In this document: piece after piece, positions 46,641 through 54,616 of the stretch
How positions within the stretch are numbered: the first letter of the stretch is position 1
Layout of the letters: each line of letters starts with the position of its first letter
From: Bacteroidales bacterium
GTDB taxonomy: Bacteria > Bacteroidota > Bacteroidia > Bacteroidales > B18-G4
DNA: 56,240 nucleotides
Direction: 5' to 3'
NCBI GenBank assembly: GCA_029942245.1
Contig: JAOZTN010000002.1
Location: 19,255-75,494, forward strand
Made by a program: the position numbers and the translations under genes
The notes under the pieces: model-generated
Database searches by the model: none
Seen by the model: only the letters and a program-made list of their open reading frames with translations
Told to the model about the DNA's origin: nothing

Positions 46641-46670
46641 AAAAAAAGTCCTCCTGATTGCTCAGGAGAA
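46641..46670 (-). terminator. Intrinsic terminator after the ferredoxin gene
   Basis: The minus strand reads CTCCTGA-GCAA-TCAGGAG (46651-46668), then GAC TTTTTTT (complement of the A7 run at 46641-46647). Confidence 0.75.
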
Positions 46671-46705
46671 CTTCTTTATGGATTAATCTTGTTTACAGAT
46701 CGATA

Positions 46706-46873
46706 TTATTCCGGCTCGATAGCTTCTACCGGGCAAACATCTGCGCATGAACCGCAGTCAGTGCATACGTCAGGGTCAATTACATAGATATCACCTTCTG
46801 AGATAGCCTCTACCGGACATTCGTCGATACAGGTTCCACATGCAGTACAGTCGTCTGTGATTTTGTAAGCCAT
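46706..46873 (-). CDS. 2x[4Fe-4S] clostridial-type ferredoxin
   Basis: 55 aa from the internal Met: MAYKITDDCTACGTCIDECPVEAISEGDIYVIDPDVCTDCGSCADVCPVEAIEPE. It has two CxxCxxCxxxCP motifs. The longer track ORF (to 46924) would swallow its own candidate promoter box. Confidence 0.9.
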   Translation of the reverse strand: MAYKITDDCTACGTCIDECPVEAISEGDIYVIDPDVCTDCGSCADVCPVEAIEPE

Positions 46874-46908
46874 AGTCTTATTTTTTAAGAATGATAAAAA
46901 GTTTTTTG

Positions 46909-46916
46909 CAAATATA
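46909..46916 (-). promoter_or_regulatory. Candidate -7 box TATATTTG (minus strand) for the ferredoxin gene
   Basis: The plus strand reads CAAATATA, 36 nt upstream of the ATG at 46873. Confidence 0.45.
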
Positions 46917-47084
46917 AAGCACATATTTATTACGATTTACTTTAATGAAAAGGGAGTGCACTATTTATTCCAATTCTAAATAAATTACTTGCCATTCAAT
47001 GGCTTGATTTACAGCTTAATGCAGATGTAAAAATTTGTGTTGAAAATTTGTTAATAATTGGTGATTGGAAACATATAAAACTTA

Positions 47085-47092
47085 TAACTTTG
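47085..47092 (+). promoter_or_regulatory. Candidate -7 box TAACTTTG for korAB
   Basis: TAnnTTTG match, 26 nt upstream of the ATG at 47118. Two AAAATTTGT direct repeats lie further upstream (47029-47037 and 47043-47051). Confidence 0.45.
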
Positions 47093-47117
47093 CAGGGTTG
47101 TTTAACAATCTGGCACA

Positions 47118-48965
47118 ATGTCGAAAAAAACAAGTAAAGTAATTGAACTGGATGCAGTTGTTGTGAAGTTTGCCGGTGATTCAGGCGATGGCATGCAACT
47201 TAGCGGAAACCAGTTTTCGGATACTTCAGCCTTTGCTGGAAATGACCTTGCAACCTTCCCCGACTACCCATCTGAGATCCGTGCGCCACAGGGCACTATT
47301 GCCGGTGTGTCTGGTTTTCAGCTGCATATTGGGCATAAAGAGGTTGATACTCCTGGTGACCTTGCGGATGTACTGGTAGCACTTAATCCTGCTGCGCTTA
47401 AAGCAAATATGAAGTGGGTCAAGACCGGGGCTACCATAATTATCGATATCGATAACTTCGATAACAAATATTATAAAAAGGCCGGCTATATCGAAGATCC
47501 CCTGGGAGATGGTTCGCTGGATGGATATAATGTTGTGAAGGCGCCGATATCTCAGTTGAGTAAAGCCACTGTGAAGGACCTTGGTGTGGATGCCAAATCT
47601 GCAGATCGAACCAAGAACCAGTTTGCCCTGGGCATACTTTACTGGCTGTTCAATAAGGACCTGAAATTTGGAGAGGAATTTATCGATAGTAAGTTTGGCA
47701 GTAAGAACCCTTTGTTGGCTGAGGCCAATAAGAGGGTGCTGAGGTCGGGCTATAATTATGCTGAAACGGTAGAAGCACTTCGTACTACATACCAGATCAA
47801 TCCAATCAAAAACCGCAAAGGAAGGTTCAAAAATATTACTGGCAACATAGCTACTGCCTGGGGCCTGATGGCTGCAGCAGAACGTGCCAACATGGAACTG
47901 TTTCTTGGTTCCTATCCCATTACTCCGGCCTCGGAGATCCTGCAGGAACTTTCCAAAATGAAGCATTTTGGAGTAAAAACTTTCCAGGCCGAGGATGAGA
48001 TTGCCGGGATCAATTCTGCCATTGGTGCCAGTTTTGCCGGCGATTTTGCAGTAACGACTACTTCAGGACCGGGACTTGCCCTCAAAGGGGAAGCCATCGG
48101 ACTGGCAGTGATCACGGAACTCCCGCTGGTGATTGTTAATGTACAACGTGGTGGACCGGCAACAGGCTTGCCGACCAAACTTGAACAGTCGGATCTTATG
48201 CAGGCATTGTATGGCCGTAATGGCGAAAGCCCTTGTGTGGTTATCGCTGCCAGCACGCCTGCTAACTGCTTCCGCTATGCCTATGTAGCAAGTAAGATTG
48301 CCCTGGAACACATGACTCCGGTGATATTGCTGACTGATGGCTATCTGGCCAATGGATCAGAACTCTGGAATGTACCTGAGATTAAGAACTTACCCGATAT
48401 CAATCCTCCATTTGTAGAAGATAATGTGGATTATCAGCCATATGAGCGGAATCCCAAGAACCTGGCCAGATACTGGGCTTTGCCCGGACAGGAGGGCTTG
48501 CGTCATCGCATTGGCGGGCTGGAAAAGGAAGATGTAACCGGCAATGTGTCCCATAACCCTCTCAACCACGAATTAATGGTACATCTGAGGGAAGAAAAAG
48601 TACAGAAGGTTGCTGAGTTTATTCCTGAGCTGAAAGTCTCGGGCGAAGATAGCGGTGATCTGCTTATTGTTGGCTGGGGCGGTACATATGGTGCTCTCAT
48701 CTCTGCTGTGAAAGACTTGCAGGAGACAGGAAAAAAGATAAGCCTTGCGCAGTTCAATTATATCATGCCGCTGCCTAAAAATACAGCTGAAGTATTTGGA
48801 AAGTTCAAGCGTATTGTTGTTTGCGAGATCAATCTCGGACAATTCGCAAATTACCTGCGCATGCATCTTCCCGAGTTCAGTTACCAGCAATATAATAAAG
48901 TTCAGGGACTGCCATTCATGATCTCTGAACTCAAGGAAAAGTTCAATCAAATTCTGGAGGCATAA
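47118..48965 (+). CDS. korA: 2-oxoglutarate:ferredoxin oxidoreductase, alpha subunit
   Basis: 615 aa. Architecture of a 2-oxoacid:acceptor oxidoreductase alpha subunit (FAGDSGDGMQLSG..., GSYPITPASEIL, QAEDEIAGINSAIGASFAG). Confidence 0.88.
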   Translation: MSKKTSKVIELDAVVVKFAGDSGDGMQLSGNQFSDTSAFAGNDLATFPDYPSEIRAPQGTIAGVSGFQLHIGHKEVDTPGDLADVLVALNPAALKANMKWVKTGATIIIDIDNFDNKYYKKAGYIEDPLGDGSLDGYNVVKAPISQLSKATVKDLGVDAKSADRTKNQFALGILYWLFNKDLKFGEEFIDSKFGSKNPLLAEANKRVLRSGYNYAETVEALRTTYQINPIKNRKGRFKNITGNIATAWGLMAAAERANMELFLGSYPITPASEILQELSKMKHFGVKTFQAEDEIAGINSAIGASFAGDFAVTTTSGPGLALKGEAIGLAVITELPLVIVNVQRGGPATGLPTKLEQSDLMQALYGRNGESPCVVIAASTPANCFRYAYVASKIALEHMTPVILLTDGYLANGSELWNVPEIKNLPDINPPFVEDNVDYQPYERNPKNLARYWALPGQEGLRHRIGGLEKEDVTGNVSHNPLNHELMVHLREEKVQKVAEFIPELKVSGEDSGDLLIVGWGGTYGALISAVKDLQETGKKISLAQFNYIMPLPKNTAEVFGKFKRIVVCEINLGQFANYLRMHLPEFSYQQYNKVQGLPFMISELKEKFNQILEA

Positions 48966-48968
48966 ATC

Positions 48969-50000
48969 ATGGCTGAAGAAATCAAGACAGAACAACTACA
49001 GAATACCAAGGCTGATTTTAAAAGCGACCAGGTTGTAAAATGGTGCGCGGGATGTGGCGACTTTGCCATCCTTTCGGCTATACAGAGCGCTCTTGTCGAC
49101 AGCAACGTAAGGAAAGAAGATGTAGTCTTCGTTTCAGGGATCGGATGTTCATCCAGGTTTCCGTATTATATGAATACGTATGGCTTTCACGGGCTTCATG
49201 GAAGGGGTGCTGCCGTCGCCTCCGGCCTGAAGGTAGCCAACCCGAAGCTGGATGTGTGGCATATTACCGGTGATGGTGATAGCATGGCCATCGGTGGAAA
49301 CCACTTTATCCATGCAGTGAGGCGGAACATCGACATGAACATCATCTTGTTCAATAACAAGATCTATGGCCTTACCAAAGGACAGTATTCGCCAACAACA
49401 CCCCGTGGTAGCATCACTAAAACCTCGCCCGACGGAACCATAGAAAATCCTTTCAAACCTGGTGAACTTTGTATGGGTGCACAGGGATCTTTCTTTGCCA
49501 GGGTGGTTGATACAGAACCTAAAAGGATGAGGGAAGTCTTTCTGGAAGCAACCAGGCATCGTGGCACATCGGTAGTAGAAGTACTGCAAAACTGCGTGAT
49601 CTTCAACAACCGTATCCATTCAGAAATTACAGGTAAAGAGGTCAGGGATGATCATCAGATCCACCTCGAGCATGGAAAACCGATGATATTCGGTAAAGAA
49701 ATGAATAAAGGCCTGGTACTGAAAGCTTCCAGGCTGGAAGTTGTGACCTTAGGTGAGAATGGGGTTAGTGAAGAAGACATACTTGTTCATGATGTTCATA
49801 ATCCTGACGATACTACACATTATATGCTGGTGAGGATGACCCTGCCGGAATATCCAGTGGCAACCGGAGTGATCCGCGCATGCGAATGTGTGAGTTCCTA
49901 TGATGCTGAGCTTGAACTCCAGATGGAAAAGGCAAAAAAGAACAGCAACTTCAAATCTGTACAGGATCTTATGGAGGAAAAATCCTTCATAGTGGAATAG
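48969..50000 (+). CDS. korB: 2-oxoglutarate:ferredoxin oxidoreductase, beta (TPP-binding) subunit
   Basis: 343 aa. Contains WCAGCGDFAILSAIQ, GIGCSSRFPYYM and the TPP motif TGDGDSMAIGGNH. Confidence 0.88.
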   Translation: MAEEIKTEQLQNTKADFKSDQVVKWCAGCGDFAILSAIQSALVDSNVRKEDVVFVSGIGCSSRFPYYMNTYGFHGLHGRGAAVASGLKVANPKLDVWHITGDGDSMAIGGNHFIHAVRRNIDMNIILFNNKIYGLTKGQYSPTTPRGSITKTSPDGTIENPFKPGELCMGAQGSFFARVVDTEPKRMREVFLEATRHRGTSVVEVLQNCVIFNNRIHSEITGKEVRDDHQIHLEHGKPMIFGKEMNKGLVLKASRLEVVTLGENGVSEEDILVHDVHNPDDTTHYMLVRMTLPEYPVATGVIRACECVSSYDAELELQMEKAKKNSNFKSVQDLMEEKSFIVE

Positions 50001-50045
50001 AGCCCAGGCCACAACTTAGCTTAACAATCTTATTATCTTTGCTTT

Positions 50046-51365
50046 GTGATCGAGCAATTCAAATCCTTTGTGAAGGAACACTTATTGTGTTCTCAAAATG
50101 ACAGCATACTAATGGCTGTAAGTGGCGGCATGGACTCCATGGCTATGGCTGAGCTGTTTTCCCTGGCGGGATATGAATTCTCTTTTGTCCATTGCAATTT
50201 CAAGCTTCGGGGCAGAGAAGCGGATGTAGATGAAGCCTTCATTATAGAGGCCGCGGAAAGATATGGTATTCAATGCTTCCACCGCTCTTTTGAAACAGCC
50301 AGGATTGCCGATGAGACCGGCAACTCAATTCAGATGGTGGCCCGTGACCTGCGCTATGCCTATTTTGAGGAGATCGCATCGGAGCATGGCTTTGATCATA
50401 TAGCTACAGCACATCACCTTGACGATCAGATAGAAACATTTTTTATCAACCTGAGCCGCGGATGCGGCATTGCAGGCTTGCATGGTATCCCGATTAAAAA
50501 CGGGAAGATCATCCGCCCCCTTATGTTTTCCTACAGAAAAGATATTGAAGGATTCGTCATTGGCAATAATGTTGCATTTCGTGAAGATAGCTCCAATAAG
50601 AGTTTGAAATATCAGAGAAATAAGATCAGGCACGAACTTCTGCCTGTCTTCCTCGAAATGAACCCATCCTTCCGTGAAGAAATGTCAGCCAATATCCAAC
50701 GTCTTGCGGCCACAGAGGAAGTGTACAGGCAAGTTGTTGAACTGGCAAGAAAAGAAGTTGTTGAATTACATGAAAATGAGATCAGACTTGATATTGCCAA
50801 ATTGAAGATGTTTTCACCTGTATCACAGATATTGTATGAGCTTATTGCTGCTTTTGGCTACAAACAGGATGATATTGAAAAAATAATGCTTGCCCTGAAC
50901 GGTATCCCGGGTAAAAAATTCCTGACTCAATCCCATCAGTTGGTCATTGACAGAAAGGAGATTCTGATATCATCCTTAAACAACACTATTGATGAGGAGG
51001 TGGAGATTTTTCTGGATTCTAAAGGGATTGATTCACCGCTTGCTTTATCATTTGTTGTTCATCCGGCAGAAGATTATAGCATTCCGACAGACAAGATGAT
51101 TGCATCCCTTGACCTGGATGTATTGAGCTTCCCATTGCAACTGCGTAAGTGGCGGCAGGGGGATTCCTTCATCCCGCTGGGGATGAAGAACCATAAAAAA
51201 CTCAGCGATTTCTTTATCGATGAAAAGTTTTCCCTCCCGGAAAAAGAAAGAACCTGGATTCTCTGTTCTGGTGACAATATCGCTTGGATCCTTGGCCACC
51301 GCATCTCCGACCTGTTCAAAATCACAGAAAACACCGGCACTGTTTACCAGATTAAAATTAGCTGA
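50046..51365 (+). CDS. tilS: tRNA(Ile)-lysidine synthetase
   Basis: 439 aa. PP-loop ILMAVSGGMDSMA and ATAHHLDDQIETFFINL. GTG start. Confidence 0.92.
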   Translation: MIEQFKSFVKEHLLCSQNDSILMAVSGGMDSMAMAELFSLAGYEFSFVHCNFKLRGREADVDEAFIIEAAERYGIQCFHRSFETARIADETGNSIQMVARDLRYAYFEEIASEHGFDHIATAHHLDDQIETFFINLSRGCGIAGLHGIPIKNGKIIRPLMFSYRKDIEGFVIGNNVAFREDSSNKSLKYQRNKIRHELLPVFLEMNPSFREEMSANIQRLAATEEVYRQVVELARKEVVELHENEIRLDIAKLKMFSPVSQILYELIAAFGYKQDDIEKIMLALNGIPGKKFLTQSHQLVIDRKEILISSLNNTIDEEVEIFLDSKGIDSPLALSFVVHPAEDYSIPTDKMIASLDLDVLSFPLQLRKWRQGDSFIPLGMKNHKKLSDFFIDEKFSLPEKERTWILCSGDNIAWILGHRISDLFKITENTGTVYQIKIS

Positions 51366-51373
51366 TTTTAAAA

Positions 51374-51414
51374 CCCGTACCCTGCACCCTGTGCCCTTAA
51401 CCTGCTATCCCATT
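51374..51414. repeat. Degenerate 7-nt periodic array (CCCGTA CCCTGCA CCCTGTG CCCTTAA CCTGCTA TCCCATT) starting 9 nt after the tilS stop
   Basis: C runs begin at 51374, 51380, 51387, 51394, 51401 and 51409, by direct reading. Confidence 0.6.
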
Positions 51415-51481
51415 AACAATAATTATGTTAATAGCCCTTAAAATATAGCCTTCTAAGCTATCTACGTATATATATTTCTCG

Positions 51482-51489
51482 TATTTTTG
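51482..51489 (+). promoter_or_regulatory. Candidate -7 box TATTTTTG upstream of dsbD
   Basis: TAnnTTTG match, 20 nt upstream of the ATG at 51509. Confidence 0.45.
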
Positions 51490-51508
51490 CCCTTTCAAAT
51501 TCAATTAC

Positions 51509-53581
51509 ATGAAAGCTATAAAATCATTATCCGGAATGCGTTTTTTACTGACTCTTATCATCAGCGTCTTGTTCAGTTCTATGGCATGGTCACAGATCTA
51601 TGAGCCTGTGAAGTGGGAGTTTTCAAGTGAAGAAAGTGGGGAGAATGAGTACTTGTTGACTTTTAAAGCAGCGATCGACCAGCACTGGCACCTGTACTCA
51701 CAGGATATTCCCATGAGCCCGCCGGCTACTACATTTTATTTTGAAGGGGATACAGCCTTGTATGATCTGATCGGCACTGCTACAGAGTCGGAGTCGATTG
51801 AAGAGTATGATCCTAACTTCGACATGGTTCTCAAGTACTTTGCAGATGAAGCCTTATTTCAACAAAAGATAAAATTGCTTACTGATGGACCGGTAAAAGT
51901 ATCCGGCGCCATAAACTTCATGAGCTGTGATGATAAGCAGTGCCTGCCACCGGAAGATGCTGAATTTGAGTTTGTATACAATGGGGCTGTTTCACAGGCG
52001 GCAATAACAGATCCTGCCCTGGCCGATGGGGAATATAAAGCAACCACTGAGATCATTAAAGATAAGGCCATACTTGAAGAAATGAAGATGGACGAGCTTG
52101 AGTATTCTACCATGCTGGACCTGTTTATTCTTGCCTTTGTTTTCGGCCTGATCGCTATTTTAACACCCTGTGTGTTTCCCATGATCCCTATGACTGTGAG
52201 CTTCTTTATGCATGAAGGTGAAAGTAAGGCCAAAGGAAAGTTCCAGGCCATCATATTCGGGATTTCCATCGTATTGATATATACCGTGATCGGAACAGTG
52301 ATCGCGCTTACCCTGGGTGTAAACTTTGCAAACTGGTTGTCGACACACTGGCTGCCAAACATTTTGTTTTTCCTGATCTTTGTGATCTTCGCAGCATCCT
52401 TTTTTGGCATGTTTGAGATCACATTGCCCAGCTGGATGATTAACAGATCAGATAAAAATGCTGAAAGGGGAGGCATCACCGGCCCATTCTTCATGGCCTT
52501 TACTCTGGTACTTGTCTCTTTTTCCTGTACAGGTCCGCTGGTCGGAACCATACTTGTGGAAGCAGCCACCGGAGCCTGGCTTGAGCCCATCGTGGGTATG
52601 CTTGGCTTCTCTCTGGCCTTTGCATTGCCTTTTGCTCTCTTTGCTTTCTTCCCGGCCTGGCTATCGAAGATGCCCAAATCAGGCGGATGGCTTAACTCTG
52701 TTAAGGTAGTGCTTGGTTTTCTTGAACTGGCACTTGGACTTAAGTTTCTCAGCATCGCTGACCAGACTTATCACTGGGGACTTCTCGACAGGGAGGTTTA
52801 CCTGGCAATCTGGATCGTGATATTTGTACTGATGGGCTTCTACCTGCTTGGCAAAATCAAGTTTGCCCACGACAGCGACGTAAAAAATATCAGTGTTCCC
52901 AGGCTTACCCTCGTGATCATTACCTTCTCATTCGTGGTATACCTCATTCCGGGCATGTTTGGAGCACCCCTGAAATTCTTATCAGGATATATGCCACCGG
53001 CGCAAAGCCATGACTTCGACCTGAATGCCATCGTGCGTGAAAATGTGAAATTGATGGTGCCGGAGGATGACACTCCGTCGAATTGTGAAACGGCCAAATA
53101 TCATGAATTCCTTCACCTGCCACATGGCCTCGATGGTTACTTTGATTATGAGCAGGCCCTTGCCTGCGCGAAAAGCCTGAATAAGCCGATGTTCATCGAC
53201 TTTACCGGCCATGGATGCGTAAACTGCCGTGAGATGGAGGCCAATGTATGGTCTGACCCAAAGGTCTTGAAACGCTTACAGGAAGACTATATCGTTGTCG
53301 CCCTGTATGTAGACGATAAAACAGCTGTTCCCGAAGAGGAATGGATACGGTCCAGTGCTGATGGCAAACTCAAGAAAACCGTGGGCAAGATATATGCAGA
53401 TCTGCAGATCCATAACTTTAACATCAACGCTCAACCATATTATATTCTCCTAGGGCATGACGGCGAGATCCTCGTAAAGCCGAGGGCTTACGACCTGGAT
53501 GTAGATGCTTTTGTAAAATTCCTGGATGAAGGGAATAAGAAGTTCAATGACCTGTATGGTACTGCAGCCTTCTCATTTTAG
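51509..53581 (+). CDS. dsbD: Thiol:disulfide interchange protein DsbD (CcdA-type membrane core plus C-terminal thioredoxin domain)
   Basis: 690 aa. N-terminal periplasmic domain, a membrane core with LTPCVFPMIPM and SFSCTGPLVG, and a C-terminal thioredoxin fold FIDFTGHGCVNCREME. Confidence 0.9.
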   Translation: MKAIKSLSGMRFLLTLIISVLFSSMAWSQIYEPVKWEFSSEESGENEYLLTFKAAIDQHWHLYSQDIPMSPPATTFYFEGDTALYDLIGTATESESIEEYDPNFDMVLKYFADEALFQQKIKLLTDGPVKVSGAINFMSCDDKQCLPPEDAEFEFVYNGAVSQAAITDPALADGEYKATTEIIKDKAILEEMKMDELEYSTMLDLFILAFVFGLIAILTPCVFPMIPMTVSFFMHEGESKAKGKFQAIIFGISIVLIYTVIGTVIALTLGVNFANWLSTHWLPNILFFLIFVIFAASFFGMFEITLPSWMINRSDKNAERGGITGPFFMAFTLVLVSFSCTGPLVGTILVEAATGAWLEPIVGMLGFSLAFALPFALFAFFPAWLSKMPKSGGWLNSVKVVLGFLELALGLKFLSIADQTYHWGLLDREVYLAIWIVIFVLMGFYLLGKIKFAHDSDVKNISVPRLTLVIITFSFVVYLIPGMFGAPLKFLSGYMPPAQSHDFDLNAIVRENVKLMVPEDDTPSNCETAKYHEFLHLPHGLDGYFDYEQALACAKSLNKPMFIDFTGHGCVNCREMEANVWSDPKVLKRLQEDYIVVALYVDDKTAVPEEEWIRSSADGKLKKTVGKIYADLQIHNFNINAQPYYILLGHDGEILVKPRAYDLDVDAFVKFLDEGNKKFNDLYGTAAFSF

Positions 53582-53589
53582 TAGCTGCT

Positions 53590-53630
53590 GAATATGACCT
53601 GGCAGGTCTGCGACCTGCCAGGTCATATTC
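53590..53630. terminator. Perfect 19-bp palindrome (3-nt loop), a probable bidirectional terminator between convergent genes
   Basis: GAATATGACCTGGCAGGTC (53590-53608), loop TGC, then GACCTGCCAGGTCATATTC (53612-53630). It lies 9 nt after the dsbD stop and 8 nt after the stop of the minus-strand cargo gene. There is no strong U-tract on either side. Confidence 0.65.
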
Positions 53631-53637
53631 TGATTTG

Positions 53638-54549
53638 TTATTTCAATACAATTAATTGATTTGCAAAATAATTGCCCATCTTAATTGATATGCAATAAAT
53701 ACCTTGCGGCAAGCCTGATAAATCAATTGTAGCCTGCGAACCCAGGCTGGTTTTATAAGCTACCCTTTTCCCCATATTGTTATAGACCGAGAGCTCTGCT
53801 CCGGTCAGCTCTTCTGGAGTATGGATATTTAGAACTCCCTGGCAAGGATTAGGAAATACCTTGAATTGTTCTGCAGAATACTCAGGAACAGATACCAGGT
53901 AATCGCATTCAGGTGAAATGCCGGTTGAATACAGGCCAAATTCGGGATCAGAGTAGCATCGTAAACGGCCTCCTTCATACACATCAACTACACATGCCCA
54001 ATCAGGTTCCGGTAGCATATATGAATCAACAGGGCCAATTGTTTCAATGATTTCACCATATATCGCCCAATGTGTTCCCTCAAGCGGTTGAACTACTATT
54101 TTTCGGAGTAATTGCCCGTTAAGGATAGTTGTTCCGGTATCAATTACGACGATTTGACCAATTGTATCGCACCATTCAAGCAGGTCATCATTTTGTGGTA
54201 TGATCAATGTGTCGCCGGGTAAACTTGTGAAATCATATATAGTGTAAAATTTATTATTTGCAAATAAATACACCTTATCATCATCGGAGAACATGTATTC
54301 TTTACCAATATATCTATGATAAGTTGTGTCGAATTCAAGATTGCGAATTACGCTTCTTTTTTCCAATATCCTGCATGTAGTGTCATGAATTATTGTATCT
54401 CCAATAGGTACGATGTTTATGTAACCCATGTACCAGAAATTAGTATATTCATAATACCACTCGGCTCCATCCGGCGCCCAGGTCTGGGATTGTGATCTGT
54501 TTACGGAAAAAACAACGAGCAATGAAAGGATCAGGATTATCTTTTTCAT
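53638..54549 (-). CDS. Small orphan secreted protein with a T9SS type-A C-terminal sorting domain
   Basis: 303 aa. Signal peptide MKKIILILSLLVVFSV. C-terminus: VFPNPCQGVLNIH...LSVYNNMGKRVAY...GIYCISIKMGNYFANQLIVLK. Confidence 0.8.
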   Translation of the reverse strand: MKKIILILSLLVVFSVNRSQSQTWAPDGAEWYYEYTNFWYMGYINIVPIGDTIIHDTTCRILEKRSVIRNLEFDTTYHRYIGKEYMFSDDDKVYLFANNKFYTIYDFTSLPGDTLIIPQNDDLLEWCDTIGQIVVIDTGTTILNGQLLRKIVVQPLEGTHWAIYGEIIETIGPVDSYMLPEPDWACVVDVYEGGRLRCYSDPEFGLYSTGISPECDYLVSVPEYSAEQFKVFPNPCQGVLNIHTPEELTGAELSVYNNMGKRVAYKTSLGSQATIDLSGLPQGIYCISIKMGNYFANQLIVLK

Positions 54550-54616
54550 ATGCTAAAAGTTATATGTTTTTAGTATTTTCGCAATCTTCATATAAAGATA
54601 CTAAATATACAGACCA

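Noticed and set aside
46874-46924. A 17-codon N-terminal extension of the ferredoxin ORF (MCFIFAKNFLSFLKNKT).
   Set aside because: Clostridial-type ferredoxins start at MAYKI... A TAnnTTTG box (46909-46916) lies inside the extension, so the internal ATG at 46873 is preferred.
47226-47966. A 246-aa ORF antisense to korA. The similar ORFs at 51859-52755 (antisense to dsbD), 4303-4833 (antisense to gap) and 36922-37431 (antisense to bamA) fall in the same category.
   Set aside because: All lie wholly inside confidently identified genes on the other strand and have no recognisable features. They are treated as shadow ORFs.
50034-50048. TATCTTTG box ending 5 nt before the tilS GTG start, which would imply a leaderless tilS mRNA.
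   Set aside because: tilS may simply be co-transcribed with korAB across the 45-nt gap. A single 8-mer match is weak, and GTG is a poor leaderless start.
1183-51414. Whether the short tandem arrays could be degenerate CRISPR arrays or minisatellite-encoded peptides.
   Set aside because: The units are 7 nt with no spacers, no cas genes are present, and total lengths are 28-65 bp. Apart from the one inside the 805-aa gene, the only ORFs crossing an array are spurious alternative-frame readings (e.g. 40176-40358 and 51220-51441) with no recognisable features.
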